DNA of 24,000 nucleotides from Defluviitaleaceae bacterium (GTDB lineage Bacteria > Bacillota_I > Bacilli_A > MOL361 > Turicibacteraceae), in assembly GCA_009778135.1 (NCBI GenBank), contig WRKJ01000106.1, positions 31,835 to 55,834 on the forward strand, read 5' to 3'. Positions 17,080 through 24,000 of the stretch are shown here, in pieces. The position numbers and the translations under genes are program-made. The notes below the pieces were generated by a model. The model made no database searches and was not told where the DNA came from. It saw only the letters and a list, made by a program, of their open reading frames with translations. Position 1 is the stretch's first letter; each line of letters opens with the position of its first letter.

Positions 17080-18510
17080 ATGGCGTTTGAAACATTATCA
17101 GATAAATTACAAAGTGCCTTAAATGGGATAACGAAAAAGGGGCGATTAACGGAAGCCGATGTTGATGTGATGCTTCGTGAAGTACGGTTGGCATTGCTCG
17201 AAGCCGATGTTAATATTAAAATCATTAAAGCATTTATTGCAGATGTGAAAGCACAAGCCATTGGCGATAAGGTGATGAAGAGTTTAACACCTTCACAACA
17301 AGTGGTCAAAATTGTCAATGAAGAATTAACAAAATTGATGGGCACTGAAGCAGTGGGCATTAATTTTAAAACGGCTGGCCCAACAGTTTTAATGATGGTT
17401 GGTTTGCAAGGTGCTGGAAAGACGACACAAACAGGTAAATTGGCTAATTTTTTACGTAAAAAAGAAAAAAAGAAACCATTATTGGTTGCTTGTGATGTGT
17501 ATCGACCAGCAGCAGTTGACCAGTTGAAGACGCTTGGGAAACAGTTAGACATGCCTGTTTTTGAAAAAGGTGTGTCTGAATCACCGGTTGCGATTGCAAA
17601 AGAAGCATTGGCTTATGCCACTGCTCATGATCATGATTTGGTTATTGTGGATACGGCGGGTCGTTTGCATATTGATGAAACATTGATGGATGAGCTGGCT
17701 CAAGTGAAGCAAGTGGTTCATCCAAGTGAGATTTTATTGGTCGTGGATGCCATGACAGGGCAAGATGCCGTTAATGTGGCTGATACGTTTCATCAGCAAT
17801 TGTCATTGACAGGGGTTATTTTGACGAAGCTTGATGGCGATACCCGTGGTGGTGCAGCTTTATCGATTCGTAAAATGACGAATGTGCCGATTAAATACAT
17901 CGGTTTAGGTGAAAAGTTAGATGCGTTAGAACGCTTCCATCCAGAACGCATGGCGTCTCGTATTCTTGGGATGGGCGATGTGATGTCTTTAATTGAGCGT
18001 GCACAGGATTCATTTGATGAAGAAGAAGACATGAAAATGGCTGAAAAAATGATGGCGGGTACGTTTGACTTTAACGACTTCTTACAACAGATGAAAATGA
18101 TGAAGCGCTTAGGTAAAATGGAAGACATTTTAAAAATGTTGCCTGGGGTTGGCGGCAAGTTAAAAGATGTGAATATCGACCCAAAACAGATGGCTCGTAC
18201 CGAAGCCATTGTTTATTCAATGACGGAAAAAGAGCGAAAAGAACCGAGCGTCATTAATCAAAGTCGTAAAGACCGGATTGCAAAAGGGGCAGGGGTTCAA
18301 GTAACGGAAGTTAATCAGCTGATCAAGCAGTTTTCAGAAATGAAAAAAATGATGAAAAAATTTTCGAACATGGATGAAAAGCAAATGGAACGTGCAGCAG
18401 CGGCCATGCAACGGGGTGGCGGTGGTGCCATGTTGCCGGGTGCGATGACGGGTGGAAACAGGGCAGCAAGGCGTGGCAAAGGAAAAGGGCGTGGTGGGTT
18501 TAAGTTTTAA
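17080..18510 (+). CDS. ffh: Signal recognition particle protein
   Basis: GLQGAGKTTQTGKLA, DTAGRLHIDE, TKLDGDTRGGAALSI, Met-rich M domain with a Gly/Arg-rich tail; SD ggag upstream. Confidence 0.97.
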   Translation: MAFETLSDKLQSALNGITKKGRLTEADVDVMLREVRLALLEADVNIKIIKAFIADVKAQAIGDKVMKSLTPSQQVVKIVNEELTKLMGTEAVGINFKTAGPTVLMMVGLQGAGKTTQTGKLANFLRKKEKKKPLLVACDVYRPAAVDQLKTLGKQLDMPVFEKGVSESPVAIAKEALAYATAHDHDLVIVDTAGRLHIDETLMDELAQVKQVVHPSEILLVVDAMTGQDAVNVADTFHQQLSLTGVILTKLDGDTRGGAALSIRKMTNVPIKYIGLGEKLDALERFHPERMASRILGMGDVMSLIERAQDSFDEEEDMKMAEKMMAGTFDFNDFLQQMKMMKRLGKMEDILKMLPGVGGKLKDVNIDPKQMARTEAIVYSMTEKERKEPSVINQSRKDRIAKGAGVQVTEVNQLIKQFSEMKKMMKKFSNMDEKQMERAAAAMQRGGGGAMLPGAMTGGNRAARRGKGKGRGGFKF

Positions 18511-18565
18511 GGTGAACAGCATCAAATGGGTCATGAATGAGCGGGGGTAGGAAAAAGGAGCGGAC

Positions 18566-20350
18566 ATGAAAAAGGAAGCATTTGAGCAACAAATACAAAC
18601 ATATGAAGCGCTGTTAAAGCAGCAGAAACATCGATTCAAACTGATTGGCTTTGTCAAACTAGCCCATATCTGTTTTGTCGGCTTTTTGATCTATGTCATT
18701 TTTGCAGGTGATGCTCGTACGATGACGCTGATGATCAGTGGTGTCATCGCTGCTGTTTTGGTTGTGTTTTGGCTGTATCATGAAAAGTTAAAAGCACGTA
18801 TCAAATATGGCGAAGGGATTGTTGCGATTAATCGGTGTCATCTCGAACGGATTTCGGGTCAGTGGTCGGGCTTTGCAGATGTGGGTTCTGAGTTTGTTAA
18901 TCAGGAACATCCTTATGGCAGTGATTTAGACATTGTTGGGAAGAAATCTCTTTTTCAATTGCTTAATACAACGCATACATGGCATGGGCGTCAACGATTT
19001 GCTGCCGATTTGTTAAACCCTGATTACACGGCAGATGAACTGATGATGCGTCAAGCCGCGATTAAAGAATTAAGTGAAGACCTTGTTTTTTCAAATGACA
19101 TCCAATATCAATTTTCACAAATTGGCGTTCATACAGCAGCAAAGTTTATCCCAACATGGCTTGCTGATCAAACGGTTTTGATGAAGCGTAAAAGCTTGAT
19201 CTTACTGGTTTTGTATGGACCGCTTATCCTTTTATTACTCGCAGCATTTACTTTTTTAACACGTTTAAGTGTCCTTTATCTCGCTGTTGCATTCTTGTTT
19301 GCTTGTCAACTCCTTGTCTGGGGAATTTCATCGTTTAAAACAGGGCAATACTTGGCACAGGTTTCTCGTTTATCAGATAATTTAGAGGCGTATACACCTG
19401 TCATTCATGCGTTACAGCATCGATCTTTCACGTCGGACAAATTGGTAATGATTCAGGCATCTCTTTCGGAATCTCAACATGGTGCAGCAGTTGGAATTAA
19501 AGAATTGGCACAGCTTGCAAAGCGGATCAACCTGCGGCGAAATGGGATGGCTTTTGTCATTTTAAACAGTCTGTTGCTATTTGATTGGGTCACTGCGATT
19601 CGTTTTGAAGCTTGGAAGAACAAATATGCATCACATGCGGCGTCTTGGTTTAGCAACTTGGGAGAATTTGAAAGCCTTTTGTCTTTCTCACATTTACCCA
19701 ATGTGATGACGTCAGCTTGTTTACCAACAGTTGTTGAAGAAAAAATGATGGTAGCCAAACAACTGGGACATCCGTTAATAACCAATGAAAAGCGTGTAAG
19801 CAATGATATGACATGTCAAAATCAGATTTTCATTATCTCAGGTTCAAACATGTCTGGTAAAACAACATTCATGCGCTCGGTTGGCGTTAATTTAATTCTT
19901 GCACGTGCAGGTAGTTTTGTGTGTGCCAAAGAGATGTCTTTTTTTCCATTACATGTGATGACGTCGATGCGCATTGCTGATGATTTAAACGCAGGTATTT
20001 CTACTTTCTATGGTGAACTCAAGCGCATAAAAGGCATCATTGATTTGGCAAAAAAGCAACCGAATCTACTCTTTTTAATTGATGAAATTTTTCGTGGAAC
20101 GAATTCGGTCGATCGTTTAATCGGTGCGAAAACCATTCTTGAAAAGCTCAATGCGTTAGGGGTGATGGGGATGATTACGACCCATGATTTAGAACTGTGT
20201 GACCTTGCAGCAACCCACATGCGTATTCAAAATTACAGTTTTTCAGAGACGTATACGGAACAAGGGATTCATTTTGATTACCAATTGAAATCGGGAAAAT
20301 CCCTCACAACAAATGCAACATATTTGATGAAAATGATGGATATGATTTAA
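18566..20350 (+). CDS. Membrane-anchored MutS-family ATPase
   Basis: MutS ATPase motifs GSNMSGKTTFMRSVGVNLILARAG, LLFLIDEIFRGTNSVDR, MGMITTHDLEL; hydrophobic segments near residues 25-70 and about 215-265; no mismatch-recognition domain. Confidence 0.85.
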   Translation: MKKEAFEQQIQTYEALLKQQKHRFKLIGFVKLAHICFVGFLIYVIFAGDARTMTLMISGVIAAVLVVFWLYHEKLKARIKYGEGIVAINRCHLERISGQWSGFADVGSEFVNQEHPYGSDLDIVGKKSLFQLLNTTHTWHGRQRFAADLLNPDYTADELMMRQAAIKELSEDLVFSNDIQYQFSQIGVHTAAKFIPTWLADQTVLMKRKSLILLVLYGPLILLLLAAFTFLTRLSVLYLAVAFLFACQLLVWGISSFKTGQYLAQVSRLSDNLEAYTPVIHALQHRSFTSDKLVMIQASLSESQHGAAVGIKELAQLAKRINLRRNGMAFVILNSLLLFDWVTAIRFEAWKNKYASHAASWFSNLGEFESLLSFSHLPNVMTSACLPTVVEEKMMVAKQLGHPLITNEKRVSNDMTCQNQIFIISGSNMSGKTTFMRSVGVNLILARAGSFVCAKEMSFFPLHVMTSMRIADDLNAGISTFYGELKRIKGIIDLAKKQPNLLFLIDEIFRGTNSVDRLIGAKTILEKLNALGVMGMITTHDLELCDLAATHMRIQNYSFSETYTEQGIHFDYQLKSGKSLTTNATYLMKMMDMI

Positions 20351-20369
20351 ATGATATCACGACGACTTG

Positions 20370-20399
20370 AAAAGATGTGTGATAAGCATGTCTTTTTTT
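20370..20399 (+). terminator. Intrinsic terminator after the MutS-like gene
   Basis: aaaagatgtg (20370-20379) / catgtctttt (20387-20396), 10 pairs including two G-U, 7-nt loop, T7 tract. Confidence 0.75.
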
Positions 20400-20443
20400 G
20401 CATCATGACTTTAAAAATACTTTCTTTATGCCGTCAACTCGGC

Positions 20444-20449
20444 TATAAT
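20444..20449 (+). promoter_or_regulatory. Possible -10 element for the PASTA-folC-xtp-phosphodiesterase unit
   Basis: TATAAT between the upstream terminator and SD gaggtg; no convincing -35. Confidence 0.4.
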
Positions 20450-20479
20450 AGGATAAGATCATTTGATGAGGTGATTGAG

Positions 20480-20809
20480 ATGACCAAAAAAGGACACATC
20501 AGAAAAAAAAGAAGGCGCGTGGTGAAAACACGCTTGTTTTCTCTACTTTTTACAATAGGTATTGTGATCACCCTTGGCTATTTCTTCTGGCAGACGAGGC
20601 GTCCGCACTTGCCTAATTTACACGGTTGGGCAGCTACAGAAGTGATGGCTTTTGGGGACCGACATCACATTAATGTCCAATTTGAGTTTGTTTATGCTGA
20701 GGATGTCGCCCCTACATTGGTTGTGAGCCAATCTCTTCCACCCAGAACGAGATTGGTAGCTGGCTTGAACCTGGTCATTGAAATATCAAAAGGAATTGAG
20801 GTCAGATAA
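20480..20809 (+). CDS. Small membrane protein with a single PASTA-like domain
   Basis: Start ATG 20480 (MTKKGHIRKKRRR) after gaggtg; one TM segment (LFSLLFTIGIVITLGYFFW); domain PHLPNLHGWAATEVMAFGDRHHINVQFEFVYAEDVAPTLVVSQSLPPRTRLVAGLNLVIEISKG. Confidence 0.75.
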   Translation: MTKKGHIRKKRRRVVKTRLFSLLFTIGIVITLGYFFWQTRRPHLPNLHGWAATEVMAFGDRHHINVQFEFVYAEDVAPTLVVSQSLPPRTRLVAGLNLVIEISKGIEVR

Positions 20810-22060
20810 ATGTTTAAAACAGAAGATGAAGTCATCCATTGGCTTTACAGATTCACGAATCAGAAAAGAGGAAGAAGCCTTGATCACCTTGAAGTCATCC
20901 TCAATCAGCTTGGGAATCCGCATCGACAGTTAAAGACGATTCATGTTGCAGGTACAAATGGAAAAGGATCTACTGTCTCTTATGCAAGGGAAGCTTTGAT
21001 GAAAGCTGGTTACAAAACAGCTACCTTCACGTCACCTTATATGACTTGTTTTGGAGAGCGCCTTTCTATTGACAACATGCCGATGCGAACAGATCAACTC
21101 GTTCATTATGCCAACTTGTTAACTGACCTATTGCCTGAATCAACTGATGCTTATACGTCTTTTGACTTGATCACGTTAATGTCATTTTTGTACTTTGTCG
21201 ATGAAAAAGTGGACATTGCCATTTATGAGACAGGCATTGGCGGTCGACTTGATTCAACCAATGTGATTACACCATTAGCAACAGGGATCACCAATGTTGG
21301 ACATGATCATGCAGATGTTTTAGGTGCGACACAGTTGGCGCGTGCAAAAGAAAAATTAGGCATTGTTAAAGAAACGGTGCCTTTGTTTACAACGGAAGAA
21401 GATCCGACTTTGCACGTTGAATTTAAAAAAGTTTGCCAAGAGAAGCGAGCAGACTTATGTTTCGCACTGGCAGATGCGAAATGGGTTGCGATGGAAAAAA
21501 CAGGTGTATCCTTTGATTGGGGGTCGTATCAAGGCATTCACATCAAGATGCATGGTGAACACCAATTTAAAAATGCAGTGCTTGCTGTTGCCATGTTGGC
21601 GTATTTAAGATCGACTTGTGGTTTTGATCGCATCGATCCGACAGCTGTGACAGATGCCAGTTGGCCAGGTCGTTTTGAACACATGCGATATGATCCACCT
21701 GTCATTCTTGATGGTGCACATAATTTAGAAGGAATTGAAGCTTTGATTAAAACGGTCGAAACGATTTATCCAACGCATAAAAAAAAGTTTCTTTTTAGTG
21801 CGATTGGAACGAAAGATGCTAAAAAAATGATTGCGTTGTTAGATGAAGTCGCTGATGAATTGATTTTTACGAAAGGGAGGCATGTGGACGCCATTGACCC
21901 GAAAACATTAGCGTCTTATTGCAATGGGTCTCGTTATCATGAAGATTATCAAGTCATGCTTCATCAAGAAATGACGCACTTGTTGTCTCATGAGGTGTTG
22001 ATTGTTTGCGGGTCGTTATATTTTATTTCCGATGTGCGAAGCTATTTACTTGAAAAATGA
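20810..22060 (+). CDS. folC: Folylpolyglutamate synthase / dihydrofolate synthase
   Basis: HVAGTNGKGSTVSYAREALMKAGYKTATFTSPY, ETGIGGRLDSTN, DGAHNLEG motifs. Confidence 0.95.
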   Translation: MFKTEDEVIHWLYRFTNQKRGRSLDHLEVILNQLGNPHRQLKTIHVAGTNGKGSTVSYAREALMKAGYKTATFTSPYMTCFGERLSIDNMPMRTDQLVHYANLLTDLLPESTDAYTSFDLITLMSFLYFVDEKVDIAIYETGIGGRLDSTNVITPLATGITNVGHDHADVLGATQLARAKEKLGIVKETVPLFTTEEDPTLHVEFKKVCQEKRADLCFALADAKWVAMEKTGVSFDWGSYQGIHIKMHGEHQFKNAVLAVAMLAYLRSTCGFDRIDPTAVTDASWPGRFEHMRYDPPVILDGAHNLEGIEALIKTVETIYPTHKKKFLFSAIGTKDAKKMIALLDEVADELIFTKGRHVDAIDPKTLASYCNGSRYHEDYQVMLHQEMTHLLSHEVLIVCGSLYFISDVRSYLLEK

Positions 22061-22074
22061 AAGAGGTGCTTGAA

Positions 22075-22674
22075 ATGAAAAAAGTGATCCTTGCGACTCA
22101 AAATCTTGGTAAAATTCGTGAGTTTAAGCAGATCATGGCTCATTATCCTTTTGAAGTGATGTCACTTCTTGATTTAGCGGATGATGAAGCGATTGAAGAA
22201 ACAGGAACGACGTTTGAAGAAAATGCACTGATTAAAGCGCGTGCGATTGCCCTGAAATATAAAGTGACTGTCATCGCTGATGACTCTGGTTTAGAAATCG
22301 ATGCTTTAGACGGTGCACCAGGTGTTTATAGTGCGCGTTACGCGGGGAAGATGCGAAGTGATGATGCGAACATGGATAAAGTCTTAACAGAAATGGTGGA
22401 TGTTCCAAGGAAAGATCGGACTGCGCGCTTTGTTTGTGTGCTGGCGATGGTAGATGAACATGGAAAAGAAACAGTGCTTCGTGGGACATGTGAAGGAGAA
22501 ATTTGGGAGAAAAAATGTGGAAACAATGGTTTTGGCTATGATCCGATTTTTTATTTACCACCGTTTAAACAGACAATGGCACAGCTTTCAAACGTTCAAA
22601 AAAACAGGATAAGTCATCGTGCAGATGCATTGAGAAGACTTGAAAGGATCATGGGCATGGGTGATGATGAATGA
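22075..22674 (+). CDS. XTP/dITP diphosphatase (RdgB/HAM1 family)
   Basis: MKKVILATQNLGKIREFKQIM, VIADDSGLEIDALDGAPGVYSARYAG, GFGYDPIFYLP, ISHRADALRRL. ATG 22075 follows gaggtg. Confidence 0.94.
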   Translation: MKKVILATQNLGKIREFKQIMAHYPFEVMSLLDLADDEAIEETGTTFEENALIKARAIALKYKVTVIADDSGLEIDALDGAPGVYSARYAGKMRSDDANMDKVLTEMVDVPRKDRTARFVCVLAMVDEHGKETVLRGTCEGEIWEKKCGNNGFGYDPIFYLPPFKQTMAQLSNVQKNRISHRADALRRLERIMGMGDDE

Positions 22675-23336
22675 AAAAATACTTAGAAAAAGTATGGCAT
22701 GTGAATAAAAATGCGAGTAGAAAAGAAATAGCGCTTGAACGACTGTCCAAGCAAAAAGAAACGTTTTTAGCTTTTGATGAGAAAGTGGAAGTGATCATTG
22801 TCAGTGACAACCATGGTGAAAAAGGCGGTTTGCAAAAAGTACTCAAGCAGCATCCGAATGCGACGCACTATTTTCATTGTGGTGATTCTAATTTGGCACC
22901 TGATTTACCGATGATGGCGCCCTTTGTAGCAGTTAAAGGGAATACGGATTATGATCAAAATTATTTGGAGCAGGAATGGAGGGAACTAGCATCGGGTGAT
23001 CAACTTTGGATGACGCACGGCCATCGTTATGACGTGCGAAGCGGAACGCAAACATTGGTTTGGAACGTCGGTCGTGAACGTCCAAAGACACCGACACATG
23101 TGATCCTTTACGGACACACGCACATCGTAGATGTGAAACAAGAAAGCGGTGTACTCATTATTAATCCTGGGAGTATTTGGTTGCCAAGAGGTGGTAGTCT
23201 AATTCGAACTTATGCTAAACTGCAAATAACACCTGAGCAATACGATGTTCAAATCATTGATATCAATGATCACAGTGTTGTTAAGGAATTTCAATTTCCA
23301 CGAGAATGGCACCCTGTTGATCAAGTCCTAAAATAA
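22671..23336 (+). CDS. YfcE/MJ0936-type metallophosphoesterase
   Basis: VSDNHGEKGGLQKVL, HCGDSN, VKGNTDYD, TTHGHRYDV-like (MTHGHRYDV), YGHTHIVDV, NPGSIWLPRGG. Confidence 0.9.
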   Translation: MKKYLEKVWHVNKNASRKEIALERLSKQKETFLAFDEKVEVIIVSDNHGEKGGLQKVLKQHPNATHYFHCGDSNLAPDLPMMAPFVAVKGNTDYDQNYLEQEWRELASGDQLWMTHGHRYDVRSGTQTLVWNVGRERPKTPTHVILYGHTHIVDVKQESGVLIINPGSIWLPRGGSLIRTYAKLQITPEQYDVQIIDINDHSVVKEFQFPREWHPVDQVLK

Positions 23337-23796
23337 GCACATCTTCTCCTGTTAAATCAGTAGACGCCACCATGAAAGCGGTCGTGTCAGTGCGCGTCGT
23401 TTCTTTCCCATGTGCGCCATGTGCAATTTGAGAACCCGATTCGATGACGATCATGTGGTGGAGTTTGGGATGTGTGCTAAGGAGGACATGTGTTGTAAAC
23501 GGAACATGGTGATCAGCAGGTAAACTGATCAAAGAAATGCTTTCATGGGCAGTGGGTTGTCCATAAGCAGTGCCGACCTGAGAAAACCCGTTAATGTTCC
23601 TATTTAAAAAAGAGAGCGTGAAGTCATCATAAGCATTAAATGTGATCACAAGATGACCACGTGTCGTTTGATGTTCAAACAAAAGATCATTGGCATCAAA
23701 AACGGGTACTGCAATTGAAGCATGAATCCATGAAGAAATGAAGAGGGTGATGCCAGTGGTAAAGGCTAAAAATAAGGTTAATAGATGTTCTTTCAT
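23281..23796 (-). CDS. Putative exported or membrane-anchored protein of unknown function
   Basis: ATG 23796 (MKEHLLTLFLAFTTGITLFISSWI) preceded by SD aggagg on the minus strand; signal/anchor followed by an about 145-aa beta-rich region. Confidence 0.7.
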   Translation of the reverse strand: MKEHLLTLFLAFTTGITLFISSWIHASIAVPVFDANDLLFEHQTTRGHLVITFNAYDDFTLSFLNRNINGFSQVGTAYGQPTAHESISLISLPADHHVPFTTHVLLSTHPKLHHMIVIESGSQIAHGAHGKETTRTDTTAFMVASTDLTGEDVLILGLDQQGAILVEIEIP

Positions 23797-23922
23797 GAGA
23801 GACCTCCTAAAAAGTAGACAGTCAGATGGCGTAACTCTCTTTAATGTATGCTTTTGACTTCTAAAATAGGTCTTCATCTGTTGTCATTTAAACATAAAAT
23901 TTTGTAAATAAGGTGAGTAAAG

Positions 23923-24000
23923 ATGTTTGTAACACTAGAAGGTGTGGATGGTTCAGGAAAGACGACAGTGGCGAAAGAATTGGTCACACTGTTAGAAAAT
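23923..24000 (+). CDS. tmk: Thymidylate kinase, 5' end only
   Basis: MFVTLEGVDGSGKTTVAKELVTLLEN P-loop; SD aaggtg; runs off the window. Confidence 0.88.
   Translation, partial: MFVTLEGVDGSGKTTVAKELVTLLEN

Noticed and set aside
17064-17552. 162-aa minus-strand ORF antisense to ffh (and 17793-18209, 138 aa)
   Set aside because: Lies wholly opposite a strongly conserved gene, low-complexity shadow composition (Ser/Thr/Asn-rich), no SD or recognisable motifs; typical shadow ORF.
18541-18566. Target site for the C7 loop in gcgggggtagg just upstream of the MutS-like gene
   Set aside because: G5 can pair with the loop, but a 5-6-nt match is too short to claim without an energy-based genome-wide prediction.
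19474-19803. 109-aa minus-strand ORF opposite the MutS-like gene
   Set aside because: No initiation signal or motif; opposite a confident coding region.
1-24000. CRISPR arrays, transposase genes, phage genes, toxin-antitoxin pairs, defence islands, tRNA/rRNA
   Set aside because: No regularly spaced repeats, transposase or phage motifs, or structured RNA genes of these types were seen; the gene content is housekeeping.

Overview
This window reads as chromosomal core DNA of a moderately low-GC Bacillota-like bacterium. It is almost entirely + strand. Left to right it contains: a fatty-acid synthesis cluster (accB-accC-accD-accA-fabH-fabK-like 1-fabK-like 2-fabD-fabG-fabF-fabZ) ending in a strong intrinsic terminator; a separate two-gene unit (lipoprotein plus FtsX/MacB-like permease) behind a consensus promoter with a twin palindromic element; a minus-strand biotin ligase without an N-terminal HTH, divergent from a bioY/ecfA/ecfT transport operon; ylxM-ffh; a membrane-anchored MutS-like ATPase; a small single-PASTA membrane protein; folC; an XTP/dITP pyrophosphatase; a YfcE-like phosphodiesterase; a convergent exported protein of unknown function; and the start of tmk. 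No CRISPR array, transposon, phage, tRNA or rRNA was recognised. No obvious new defence-type system is visible. The observations most worth testing are: (1) a compact, unannotated sRNA candidate at about 16553-16630, with its own promoter and a 17-bp terminator hairpin carrying a C7 loop; (2) a 12-bp inverted repeat made of two TTGAWTCAA elements, 22 bp apart, abutting the -35 of the lipoprotein/permease unit; (3) that orphan lipoprotein/permease pair itself; (4) three consecutive hairpins between two different FabK-like genes; (5) the membrane-anchored MutS-like ATPase. All assignments come from reading motifs by eye. No database search or folding calculation was run.
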